A stretch of DNA of 63,312 bases, filler included, from Platydemus manokwari (lineage: Eukaryota), in assembly GCA_037951405.1 (NCBI GenBank). It is 6 parts of 6 records of this genome, joined end to end, with 100 filler letters (N's around TTAATTAATTAA, not from the genome) between each part and the next. Parts side by side here need not be neighbours in the genome. Positions count along the whole stretch, not along the records: positions 1 to 8,779 come from JBBMOY011351427.1; positions 8,880 to 20,569 come from JBBMOY010522220.1; 4 more parts are not named here. One strand, written 5' to 3'. Positions 1 through 12,449 of this stretch are shown here, one piece after another; position 1 is the stretch's first letter; each line of letters begins with the position of its first letter. The position numbers and the translations under genes were made by a program. The notes beneath the pieces were generated by a model, which worked only from the letters and a program-made list of their open reading frames with translations, did no database searches and had not been told where the DNA came from.

Positions 1-66
<66 letters not shown>
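1..66. repeat. (TTA)n microsatellite
   Basis: About 22 perfect TTA units at the window start. Confidence 0.97.
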
Positions 67-68
<2 letters not shown>

Positions 69-1900
69 TTATAAATATTATTAATATGGATATTATTATT
101 AATAATAATATTTTTACTCTGAGTTTTAATGATTTTATAATTAATTATTAAAAATTTCGAATAAAATAAATGATCAAAACATCTCTAAATTATTTTTATT
201 AATATTTGCTTAAATATTCTTTTATGATTTGGCTTTCTTAGATTCGTTTTGTATTCACCCTTTATTAAATAATAGAGTCTAACAATAACAATTATTATAT
301 CTATTATCATTACAAATATTAATATTATTATAAATATTATCTATATTATTACTGTCATGTACGATAATACAATTTATAATTGCTTCAGAAATCCATCTAC
401 AAATGGTCGATTATTTAACAACAACAAAACACAACGAACATATTTTTTAATCATGAATACTTGTACTCAAATGGTGTCCTGTTTCCAGGACTTCTCGATG
501 ATCTACTTTGATGAACTTGAATCATCATTTTTAATAGAGGCATTCTCCAGTGTATGCCTGCTCTATCACGGCTACAGTTTCGGAGTCCGAATCAAAGGTC
601 ATATATCTGGTGAACTGATTCGGAAAAGGAATTAATGATTTTCTATTTGACTCCTCGATTGATAAGTCAGAAAAAGTAGAAACTTACTAATTGTCTGGCA
701 TTCTGATCAGCAACATATCAATAAAGTCATGAATTGATATTTGAAATCATTAAACAAATTAAAACGAATATCAAGAGATTCCAATCAACTCAGACTCTTA
801 ATATCAGCAATATTCACTCAACGGCATGTAAATAAAATGGGTGAAAATTTTCTATCAAAAGTCATTTTTTCTTTTATTTATAAAAAAAATATTATTTGAA
901 TAGCTTTGACAATTTTACCGAATAAAATTGAAATCCGATTCTACCAGAAACCGATTTTGAAAAACAAAGCAATTTCTATCAGGAAACCGGATACTGAGAG
1001 AATAACATCATTCAACTGTCTGTTGAGAAAGATATTCAACGATTTTTAATGAAATTTTTTTTAATAATACTTACATTGAACTACACACATACTCATTACT
1101 GTGTTTTAAACAGATATATTAATATATCGATGATATTGTAAATATTTGTTTGAATGAATCCAATTGTATGTTTCATTTTTATCCGATATTAATCATTTAG
1201 TAGATTTAGATGACTTAAATTCATCTTAACCCAAGATTTGATATCGCGTGGTGAAGAGCTAACTTTATCTCTTTTGAATATCAATCTTTTATGATGGTCA
1301 AGAACAACATCATGATGATATTTTCTAATATTTTCCATTAATGATTAAATGAAATAAGATAAATAAAATGCTTATTCAATGAGTAATGACCATTAAATAC
1401 CATGTCTACAATTTTATTGATCGCTACAAAATAAACAACATTTTGTATATTAATAAATAAATTTTAACGATACATTATTTTTATATCATCATTCACATTG
1501 GAACGATTCTGGATTATTTTGTTCAAATATTTTGCAAGTGTTTTACAATTTTATGATTTGATTTGATTTTTATTGAGAGAAAATTTATTTTAAGGAGTAA
1601 ATTTTCTCAACGTTTCTAAATGTTTGAAAACGCTCTCTAATTTGCATTATCGATATGAAATGTAATATCTCTAATAGGAGTTACGGTGTGATTTTGTTTG
1701 AATTAATTATGTAATTCTAATAAAAATGATGAGAATATAAAGGGAGATCCAATAATATGATACTGGTTATTACCGATCACAATACAAATTGAACAGATTA
1801 TCAAACAAAGTATAATGATCTCTAGAATAAAGATATGTGGGCAATGAAGCAAATTGTCAAAAGCTAAATAAACTAGAAATATTAGAAATCAATTTTTAAA

Positions 1901-2126
1901 CCTGACGGCAATAATGCGTCAAAATTGATTGACTGTTAGCGCTTTAAAATACGGTCGGATTCTGCGTGGTTATTAAGCTACAAGATAGAAATCCTGATTT
2001 TTGGATTACTTGATGAATTGGTTTTAAATTAGTATATAAACGGATGCCTATTTTCTAGATTTATTTTAGTGTTATCTGTCTCCGATCCGAGGCTCTGATG
2101 AGGCCCATGGAAGGCCGAAATATGAC
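1901..2126 (+). mobile_element. Hammerhead-carrying dispersed repeat, copy 1 (retrozyme-like or Penelope pseudo-LTR-like)
   Basis: Aligns by eye with 6424-6652 (cctgacg...agcgctttaaaat...cgtgg...tatataaa...ctattttctagattta...) and ends in a hammerhead. Confidence 0.7.
2069..2126 (+). ncRNA. Type III hammerhead ribozyme, intact core
   Basis: Stem III 5' arm 2069-2075; AUC cleavage triplet (C2076); stem I GUCUC-CGAUCC-GAGGC; CUGAUGA 2095-2101; stem II GGCC-CAUGGAA-GGCC; GAAA 2117-2120; imperfect stem III 3' arm. Confidence 0.85.
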
Positions 2127-2986
2127 AGTATATGTATCATAAAACCACCACCTTTATCATTTTAGCTATCGAATTTGAAACCTCCTAGAGATCGTCCTGA
2201 AAATCTCTGAACCGAAATAGGGCTGAAATGGGACTAATTTTATAGATTAAGAAAATAATATACGTATAATAATATATAGTAAGAAAATTTATGTTATCGA
2301 TTTTTCAAAGATAAACTTGTTGCGTAAATTAAAATTGGAGATAACTGATCGGTTAAGTACAATTTTATGTTAATGACAAATGTATTGTAAACTGTCAATT
2401 CTATTTTTTCGGTTCCTTTTGTTCCATATTCAGAAGAAATCTCAAAATATTTCAAATTCTGAACCCTTCATAATAATAATATTAATAATAATAATAATTA
2501 TTATTACTTACACAATTTATTCAATTATTTGCTTTTCCTTTGGATTTATCATTAATAGCTTTTCATTATCACCTTGATTTCCTATTATTGGGTTTCCTTT
2601 TTTTCCCGATTGGATTTTATCACAAAACATATTTAAAATACATATACTGAATTCTATATGATCATATTTTTATAATCAAAAATACCCAATCTCAATGAAT
2701 TTTATAAAAATTTATATGCAAATTATTATGGCGATATCACACGTTTATTGTAAATTTATCGACAAATAAAGAAATGAAATTTATTTATCATATTTTATGA
2801 TCGGCAAATAGCATTGAAAAATTGAAAAATATCTTAATATGAATGAAAAATACTCCCTCTTCAGACTTTCCTTCCTCGGGCAAATATAATTTTGTATAAA
2901 ATTTTAATTCAAAGAAATATTATTTTACATAATGATCTTGAATAATTTATCTTAAAGATTATTTCGAATATGACTATATTATATTG

Positions 2987-3680
2987 TAGTGGTTTTCAAC
3001 CATGGTTCCCCGGTATCTTAGGGTTCCACCACTACACTCCAGGGGTTCCGCAATTTTTAAATTTTTAAATTAGAACAACGAACAAATAAATAACATGTTA
3101 CATTCAATTTCGAAAATCTATTTTATTATTTCATTATTATTTCATTATTATTTTATTATTATTTATTGTCTAAATATATTAAAATTAACATAACTAAACT
3201 CGCTACATTTGAAAGATCACTTTGTCTTACCACTATTAGGTTTGCTGGTTGAAAATGAATATCAGAAAGCCCTACGACGTCTTGTGCAATTTTCAACTTT
3301 ATATTTGTGTGAATTTGGATTTTCAGCTCTGACAACTATCAAACACAATAAACGAGCACAATTGCTGTCTGTGGAAGATGAACTTCTTGTGTGTCTGTTA
3401 AAAACATGACCGAATCTTAAAGAGTTGTGCAAGAAACATCAGGCTCAAATTTGGCACTAGTTTTTGATAAGAATAAATTTAGTCTTTTCAAACATGTGCA
3501 ATTTCGTTTTCATTTCATCAACAAACATGTTCAATACTCTGAACATAAATACTTTTATTTCTTTTTTAAAAATTAATGCTGTTTTCGACGTAAAACAATT
3601 AAATTATAGCACAGTGGTTTCTCGAGCCAGATAAATGTTTCCGTGGAGTTCCTCTCCAGCAAAAAGGTTGAAAACTACTG
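2987..3680 (+). mobile_element. Internally deleted hAT (Buster/Charlie-type) DNA transposon
   Basis: TIRs TAGTGGTTTTCAACC...GGTTGAAAACTACTG; retains the transposase C-terminus; ends match 7028-7311. No intact TSD. Confidence 0.9.
3209..3460 (+). pseudogene. hAT Buster-family transposase C-terminal (dimerisation domain) fragment
   Basis: KALRRLVQFSTLYLCEFGFSALTTIKHNKRAQLLSVEDELLVCL..*PNLKELCKKHQAQIWH fits the Buster/ZBED5/FAM200 C-terminal pattern F.TTYLCE.GFS....K.K.R..L..E...QAQ.SH; internal stop codon. Confidence 0.88.
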
Positions 3681-4064
3681 ATTTAAACCAATAAGTTTCT
3701 TTTCATATTAATTCTTAGTTTGAAGATCTAAGCTCACGATAAATTTAATAAATTAAATTCAGATCACATGGTACTGTGCTTAAGCATTTAACATGTTAAG
3801 TTTGATACTAGATGATTTGCAACTGGATGTGCTTATTTGTGTAATCGAATATCTAAATTTTTGGTACACAAGTAACAAACTCATCTGATTAATAAAATAT
3901 ATGTAGATAGCAATTGTTTCCAAGGTTACAACTCATGTAGTCTAATAACGTTAATGATAATTGTCAATCGAGGACTTCGTCTCAATACTGGTTCTGATTA
4001 ATCAGATCAGAAACTCTACCTGACTGTCTTACTAAAACTCTGTAAATTTATGATAACTAATATC

Positions 4065-4470
4065 GATTTTTGGGCTTAAGTTAAGAAAAAGGGTCTTTTG
4101 ACCTACTTTCGTTACAATGAATTTTTGTGCATGAGTTAATTTTATAAATTATTTTTATATATAACTGCTATGTTGAATTTATTCGTATAATTCAGTTAAT
4201 ATCTCATTTTTAAAGATGTCTTAAAGGAACAAAACATAGTTTTGAAACCAAGTTCCCATTTTAATCACAACACCTCTATGATTATTTGAGCTTTTAAATT
4301 TTAAATTTTTATAATTATAAATCGAGTTAGTTAATTACAGGCATGTTTAATAATATCATTGCTTATTTTTATAAAATAATTGTAAAAATTGAGAATATCT
4401 CTCTCAATTGGCTTCTTATTTTAATAAAAGGGGTCCTCACTAATTTTCAATGAATTGCAATTCGAACTAT
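4065..4470. repeat. ~400-bp dispersed repeat, copy 1 (possibly Merlin-derived non-autonomous element)
   Basis: Colinear with 7857-8246 (ggcttaagttaagaaaaagg...actgctatgtt...aatcacaacac...aaatcgagttagtta...). Reverse-complement similarity to ~42290-42360 and ~43070-43160 around the Merlin fragment. Confidence 0.8.
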
Positions 4471-6423
4471 TTTTTCAAATATTCAAATTTTAGGACATTT
4501 TGAAGCTCTAATATATTTAATATTTGATTTCAAACAACTAAAATTCTTCTTTAGTACTTAAATATAAAATTCAAAATGTTTTTAAAGAATATAGTTAAAT
4601 AAACTATATAGAATTTTGCAATACATTCAACAAATTTAAAATTTCATTTTAGAACCTTATTTATATATGTAGTTTTAGATTATTTTATAAAACATTTAAC
4701 AATAGGAAAAAATTTAAATCGATATATTTTTAATTAAATATTAAACATTTGAAAAAAATTTCATAATTTACCCATGTATCGAAGCTCCAATTACGATAAC
4801 GATTTTCAATCAAACAAATAGATAATTAACAAGAAAATTAACATACGCAAATTATTTATGTATCAAAATTAGTCCAGTAGAAAACTATAATGAAATATCG
4901 TAATTATAAAATTTTCCAATTTTCACGATTAATAAAGCTTTATTTAATCCCAATGTGTTGTAAATTAATTGAGAACACAGTGTGTTAGTATTTAATTTAT
5001 TTAACCGTTTACAATTGGATGACATACAGTATATTTGTCTCTGAAATAATTAAACTGCAGAATAGAGGAAATTATATTGATCGAATAAATTGTAACAAGC
5101 CCATAAATGAAATTTAATGAACTTCATTCACAGAATTATAAATCTGCGCCTATATCGATAATTGATTTTCATGTAATGAGAAAATTATTCTGTTTATAAC
5201 AATTATTTTTTCAATTCGTAAAACCATCCCATTGAGTTACATTTATGAACTGGTGAATTGATTGGATTGCTTAATTCGGAAACATTTAAGCTACAAATAT
5301 TCGATTATCGATTTCTTCTTTTAAATTTCGATAATCGCAACTTGAATTAGGCCGTCACAATTATCGAACACGTATATTCAAATTAATAATCAAATCATTT
5401 TCCTTCAAAGGTCACTCTTCAGAAGTTTCTTGACTATATTTTAATGTTTTTTTAATCTTTTAATTTAATTTAAAACTCTTAAACTCTTATTGACATGAAT
5501 ATTGATGATGGAAACTGAGTTCTTTTATGTATAATTGGAGGGGGATGTCCGTATAAATATTAATTTCTGAATATTTTTATTGATTAAATTTTTTTTCCAT
5601 GTAGGCAATAAATGAGTTGAGGTGCTACTCAAAAATAAATCATTTACAAATTATTGGCAAGTTTGTTTTATCAAATATTTTGTGCGAAATACTTTAAATT
5701 GGATTCAATTTCAAAATAATCTCGATGCGAGTGTAAAACTAAAGAACCAATTGATTTTATAATTTTATATATTAATAATTCATGACATATGATTTGTATT
5801 TTTGTACCTTTGAATGATTTTTTCAATTCATTTTCTTATAATCTAACAATGTAATGGCACGCATATGTTTATATTAAATAAATATTTTTCTATTATTAAA
5901 ATTTCGAAGTGAAGCATAGAAAAAAATAAAAGAAAAGAGAAATGTAAGTCATTTCAGATTTTCATCTCCTCATATCATCTATGAACATGTTATATGAGCT
6001 AAATATAACTAAATGTGTACTGATAATGAAATCATAATGAAAGCATAATGACATCATATTACTTATTTGACTAAAGAAATGAGTTTCCAACACACAATCC
6101 ATCTAAAAGGGATAGCCTAATGCGTGCCCACTTTGGCAACTTAAAACATGAAAACATAAAATAAAATAAAATATTACCAACCTACTTGATATCAAATGAA
6201 TTTAAACAAAATATTTGTAAAATTTTACATCATATTTATCATCTATTAGATAGATTAAATTAATAATTGGTATTTTATATAATAATTATAATAAATTATT
6301 AAATAATTATTATTTTTAATTAATGATCTGATTGAACCACGACCATCCATTGTAGTCTCATCACAATCTGTAATCCAGTATGGATTGGATTTCTTTAACT
6401 TTTCGTATTCCGACGGGATTTGT

Positions 6424-6652
6424 CCTGACGACAAAAAATGAGAAAAAAATTTATTACTTGTCAGCGCTTTAAAATCTCGTCAGGGTTTTCCGTGGATTTT
6501 AGCCACACCATATTAATCCTGAGTTTTGGATTAATTGATGAATTAGTCTATGAATTGGTATATAAATGGATATCTATTTTCTAGATTTAGTTTAGTCCTA
6601 TCTGTATCTAGTCTGACACACCGATGAGACCTATGCAAGGACGAAATAGGGC
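6424..6652 (+). mobile_element. Hammerhead-carrying dispersed repeat, copy 2
   Basis: Homologous to 1901-2126; has internal hairpin arms CCTGACGA...TCGTCAGG and TAATCC...GGATTA. Confidence 0.7.
6595..6652 (+). ncRNA. Type III hammerhead ribozyme, core mutated (CCGAUGA)
   Basis: Stem III GUCCUAU/AUAGGGC (7 bp); AUC triplet (C6602); stem I UGUAUC-UAGUCU-GACACA; CCGAUGA; stem II GACCU-AUGCA-AGGAC; GAAA. Confidence 0.8.
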
Positions 6653-7027
6653 CAAGTCGCTGCCAAAGGTAAGTCTATTTATTTTTTTTATTCTCTTATG
6701 TTTTGACCATTTAATCAATATATATAAAAATAGCATTTCTTGTTAACATTGAATATTACAAAATTAAGGAATAATATTTTATCGTGATGTCTATCAGGGT
6801 GATTTCTTGCAAAGATTATGTAGAAATATATTAAATAACTTTCTATTATTTTATATTATTGCTGAAGTACGCATTTTGTTTTAATTTTTATGTTTCTGAT
6901 ATTACTAAATTGTTATTTCCTAAAACATTCCCAAATATCCAAGAAGCAAATGCAATTTATTAATATCATTGGTTTATCTATTAAAAATTGTTTCAATTCG
7001 ATATAAATACTATTTTATGGTTTAAGC

Positions 7028-7311
7028 CAGTGGTTTTCAACTAATGTTCCGTGGAACTTTAAGGTTCCATCAGTGCACTCCAGGGGTTCTGCAATTTCTA
7101 AATTTCTAAATTAGAACAACGAACAAACAAACAACATGTTAAATTCAATTTCGAAAATCTATTTCACTATTATTATTATTTCATTATTATTTATTATTTA
7201 AATATACTAAATTTAGCATAATTAAACTCGCTACATTATTGCACAGGGGTTCCTCGAGCCAGAAGAATGTTTCCGTGGGTTCCTCTCCAGTAAAAAGGTT
7301 GAAAACCACTG
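7028..7311 (+). mobile_element. hAT Buster-type MITE (284 bp)
   Basis: Perfect 14-bp TIR CAGTGGTTTTCAAC/GTTGAAAACCACTG; 8-bp TSD GTTTAAGC/GTTTAATC (7/8, central TA typical of Buster). Confidence 0.93.
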
Positions 7312-7856
7312 GTTTAATCATTATACGATGATATATCTAATTGACTATCTTTGCATAATATTAATTATTGATTTTTCGATTCAGGTTTAAATTAAAAATA
7401 TTTAACCTTTTTATTTCGTTGAACCGATAAACGGTTTCATTGATAAACATTTCAAATTAATAAAACGGTATCATAAACATATGATGAAAGTAAAGAAAAT
7501 TTAACGCGGCAAAAATGAAAACTAATTCTTCATCAATGTGACTTTATATAGTCATTTGTGTGTCATGATCATCATTCTAATATTCCAAATTTAGAACGTA
7601 AATTTCTTTTACTATTCAGATTTGAAATGTACCGAACAGAAATGTAACTGTTTTGATTAGAAATATGTTTCAATGATAATATTCGTTCAATATTATTGGT
7701 CGGAAATATTAAAAATAATTACGGCATTAAAATATTATTAATAAAATTAAAAGTCATAATTACGAATTTGGAGTTGCACAAAGAAATTAAAAAATTTACC
7801 ATTGCGATATTGGAAACTGAATTAAAAACGTATTATAAGACTGGCATAATGTTTTT

Positions 7857-8246
7857 CGATTATTTGGCTTAAGTTAAGAAAAAAGGTACTTTGACTTACT
7901 TTTGAAATAATGAATTTTCGCGCGTGAGATAATTTTACAACTTAATTTTATATAGAACTGCTATGTTTGATTTATTCGTATAATTCAGTTAGTGTCTCAT
8001 TTTTTAAGATCTCTAATAGTGACAAAACCAATTTCAAATTCTAATCACAACACTTCTATATGATTATTTGAGTTTTTCAATTTAAATTTTTATAATTATA
8101 AATCGAGTTAGTTATTTCAGATACGTTTAATAATATCATTGGTTATTTTTATAAAATAATTGTAAAAATTGAGAATTTCTCTCTCAATTTGTTTCTAACG
8201 TAAATGAAATGGGTCCTTGTTAATTTTCAATTGATGGCAGTTCGAC
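7857..8246. repeat. ~400-bp dispersed repeat, copy 2
   Basis: Colinear with 4065-4470. Confidence 0.8.
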
Positions 8247-8779
8247 CTTCTTTTTAATTTTGCCCAATAATCTGTTTACTAGAAATTGGTGTGTATGACG
8301 CTTCTATTTAATAAAGCACTCATTGAAGCACTCATGTCACCAATTTTATCCATTTATGAACAATTAATTAAACAAATTAATTTCTTTTAAATTTATAAAT
8401 GCTCACAACTCCTTTTCTTTAAAATGTTTGATCTTCTATGTATTCCTAATTATCTATTTTATTGAATTATCCAAATATTTATCTCTAAATAAAAATTTAT
8501 ATTTCTTTAAATATTCTTTATATCTTCTTTTCATCTTTTCTATTTCTTTTCAATATGTCCCTCTCTTCTACACTACCTGCCATAAACCATCTCAAAATCG
8601 AATTCGAATACATTATAGCCATGTATTGAATAAAGTACTCATTAAAAGCAAACTGAAACGTCACTTAACCGATTTTATCTATTTAAGAATAATTATTTAA
8701 ATGAATTAAAATTTATTAAATTTATAATTTTAAATTCTAATTAATAGAAGTATGCAATAATATAAATAATATTACCAAT

Positions 8780-8879
8780 NNNNNNNNNNNNNNNNNNNNN
8801 NNNNNNNNNNNNNNNNNNNNNNNTTAATTAATTAANNNNNNNNNNNNNNNNNNNNNNNNNNNNNNNNNNNNNNNNNNNN
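8780..8879. other. Assembly spacer (44N-TTAATTAATTAA-44N)
   Basis: Same 100-bp spacer, with stop codons in all six frames, occurs five times. Confidence 0.99.
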
Positions 8880-8996
8880 ATATAACTATTCAATTTATTT
8901 TCGTCGTGTAAGATATTTATTAATAAACTATATTAATTAATCAGAAAATAAATTTATTATTCATAACAATCAATATGACATTCGTCTTCTTAAAAA

Positions 8997-10438
8997 TCAT
9001 AATTTAATTCCAAACTGTTTCAGAAAATCGTCTTTTGGTTTAATTCTGTCTCGGAGTTTTTCAAAGTAATTTATCAAGTTTTGAAAAACATGATAAAATG
9101 TAAACCACAACCAACTCAGAGCTACTAATAATGCTCCCGATATTAAAATTATGACAATCTCTATTGACAGACCAATTCCAGACAATTTGAACATCCACAC
9201 CATTGGACTGTAGTCCTCGTCCACTTCGTATATCGAGTGTAAAACTTTACTCAAATTCAATGGTTTACGCCACTTAATAACTGGGCAAGTACGATTACCA
9301 CAACTTTCTACAGCAATCATTGATCCTTGACAAGTAGAATCTCCTAAGCAATCTCTGAATTTGTATCTCAACCTTTTCGGGCCGCACATAGGGTAGCATT
9401 GTGACCAGGTTGTCCAAGCTTAATAGTAAAAATTAACAACATTGATTTAATGACAATTATAATTATAATTACTAAACATGACAAAAATTCATCTATATCT
9501 TCGTAATAATGGATAATATTATTATATTATATTAGATCATAAAATGAAGAATTACCGCACCAGGTTCCAATAGGAAATTGACATCGGAACCCAGTGAAAC
9601 CCTCTCTGCATACGCATGTTGTAGTTATATCTGAAACATGTTGGCATTTGCCACCATTCAAACAAATAGTAGACGTACACAAATCCTTTGATTTCTTTTT
9701 GAAACAATTGGGATAAGGAAATTTTCCATCATGGGTTTGACCACTGGGACATGTACAAGAATATTCTATGATAGAATAATATAATATTACATTTTTACCA
9801 TATAGCAGATATCAAACAATAACTTTTGTGGTATTTGAAAAAATACAAAAAATAAATGGTAGTATTTGATGATCATTCTGACATTCTGAAACACTGTCTA
9901 TTTTGATATGAATTATAACTAGTATTTAAACTATTACTATTGAATTAAATTGTGCTCTTATAATATAAAAATTATTTTATTATGATAAAAAAATAATAAA
10001 TTAAACATTACATTTTTATGTATTAGAAATGGTTCAATTATCGCATAGTTATATGCCGGAGTATAAATATTTTATAGACCCCAATTTTATAGTTCAGCGA
10101 TCATAATCATTATATATATATATATATAAATTTAACCAGTTCTAGATAATGAGTTGCACCGACCACCTAAGAGAACTTGACAACTTTCAAACCCTGATGG
10201 CCAATTTTCTTGCTTCGATGGTAAAGCACATCTGGAATCATTCAAAGAACAATCGTCACCATGGAACCCGTCTAAGCATTTACATATCGGATAAATAGAG
10301 TTACTGTCATCGAAACATTTCTCGGTATTGGCAACTACGCAATACTTGCGAAGCGTTAAAAGATCGCATAAAGCATTAATTTTCTGAAGGCATCGGCGTT
10401 CATTTAAATCCCATTTGTATCCAAATCGACAGTTGCAC
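8997..10438 (-). CDS. 3' three exons (10438-10137, 9765-9556, 9418-8997) of a single-pass membrane protein with tandem EGF-like domains, a TSP1 repeat, TM helix and short tail; 5' exons not located
   Basis: GT-AG introns with consistent phases. Spliced ORF has CKCLDGFHGDDC, CLNGGKCQ...CVCREGFTGFRC, WCAWTTWSQCYPMCG..R.R..R.C (TSP1) and hydrophobic IEIVIILISGALLVALSWLWF. Confidence 0.88.
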
Positions 10439-11629
10439 CTGAATAATATTTGGTTATCATTAGCTAATGCTTGATTAAGAAAATAATTTTCAGAGTATTT
10501 AATTATTCAACGCTTATAATTATATTTAAATTTGTACAATCTAAAATAATAATATAATTGTTGGGGTTCCGAGAAAATGAAAATGAACATTTATTGCATG
10601 CTTATGATTTTAATGTATAGTAGTAGTAGTACTTTTTATCATTTCTTTGTAAAAATAATTCCGATGTGCAAATCTAATCTTATTTTTTATCTTGTCATTT
10701 ATTTTCTGAAGAAGAATAGTTAATTAATCTTAAACCCTTATCGAATTAAATCGGAGTTTTTAGTTGTTAAATAATAGTGTTAAGAATAATAATATTTAAT
10801 TAGAATTGAAAATAGGAAATAGTTAAAAAATCTTTATCATGAATTAAAATATTAAGTATTTTGGTTAATGATAATAATTGTAGTTAATTCTTTTATCATA
10901 TTTTAATATGATAATAATTTAGGATAAAAAAACTCAGTTTAATTTTTGGTTAAAATTTAGAATAAATTGATAAAATAGAATTAATTAAAATGAAAATAAG
11001 TTAGTTATTTTCATTTTCTGTTTAACAACTAAAAAATCTAACTTTTAAAAACCCTATTTTTCCGAAAATTACCCGCATATAAAAATAATATCCAACAATA
11101 AAAACCCGCACGGCAACCAAGGCAGAGAGATAATTCTTTTGAATTGTGAGAATTCATCACAATAAAGAATAAAAGTCACCCGCATATTTTTATTCAGCCC
11201 GAGTAAAATCCCATTGTTTACGAAAACGTATATAAGGCACTCAAACATCATATGCCTTGCCCCAGTTCTTAGTTGGAAACCACTAGAACGTTACGTAAAG
11301 TTAAGAAGACCATTTTGCCGTCGAAGCCGTCAATCTCTCTACAGCCGTTGTTCCAGCTTATGCCCTATAATTTTATAGGAAGAGTATTTAATAATACTAT
11401 CCATCCGAAGACGAGATCACGTAAGAATAGTTACTGTAAAATTAACATATCCTTATTTATCTCGCATATTCTTCCCATTTATCGAGCCGACCTCAGAAAA
11501 AACTTTGAAGAAACGGACACTGACCCAATAGCACGATGGGTAACTGTTTTGTCCAACATCTGCTTCAATTGAATTTGCACATCGAATTAGTCCAGCGTTT
11601 GAGTGTATATAAGTAGCATTAAAATCCAT

Positions 11630-11790
11630 TGTATATTGTATTCATTGTAATGATTGCACAGTAAAAGTAGTAATTCATAGCCTTATAATTGTATAAAAGT
11701 AGTACTTGGTGTATAATTGTAATCATAATAAACATTCATGAACCCAATATTGAGTTGACTTGTTGAATTATTAATTGACATAAGGTATCA
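11630..11790 (+). mobile_element. Candidate LTR with degenerate PBS
   Basis: TG...TATAAAA...AATAAA...GACA followed by TAAGGTATCA, resembling the TGGTATCA iMet PBS; upstream of a gypsy pol remnant. Confidence 0.35.
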
Positions 11791-12449
11791 TAAATTCATA
11801 TAGTTAAACATCAGTATCATTCATCATCGATTTGGGAATAATTTTGTTGAGTGAATAAAATAGAGACTGATAAAACGAGAGAGGAAAGTAGTGTTAAAAT
11901 CAGAAAGATAAAGTTAAAATTCAAATATCGATTTCTACGCCGATCCACTTATCTCCATATAAGAAGTCATCGTCGAGGTGAACAAATAGTTAAAAATCAT
12001 AAGGTTTCACTGCTACCTGAGGGTCAAGAACGGACTCAGAGCACTGATTAGTCGTAGAATCGATCAATTTAAACAAACAAATAATAAACCAAAAACAGAG
12101 TGATTCCAAAACGCAACAGATATAATGAAGAAATGCTGTATACTTTAGCAGAGATAAGCATGATCGATGCATACAGTGAAAGAGACTTTAAATAATATCT
12201 GAGATGTTTGTTTAAATATTCAGAATTCGTTTTAGAATTAATAAAAGTAATGTCATGTTGTTTTCTTACAATAGTAAACGTAAAATATTCACTAAATTAA
12301 ATCAATAATCTATTTCCTAATTATTATGACATTAAAAGGTTTTATCATAAAAGTTTTAATTAAATTTTAGAATTAATTATTTAGTTAAAATTGGAGTGTT
12401 TTCATATCAGTAGTTAATGATATTTAAATAAAGAACCACCAATAACAGA

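Noticed and set aside
1-66. Telomeric repeat
   Set aside because: (TTA)n is a common microsatellite here, not TTAGGG.
2380-2577. Hydrophobic poly-Ile ORF (also 31589-31771)
   Set aside because: Arises from (ATA)n microsatellites.
12003-12075. Hammerhead-like arrangement (UUC, hairpin, CTGATTAG, GTCG/CGAT stem)
   Set aside because: The essential G8 is replaced and no GAAA follows stem II.
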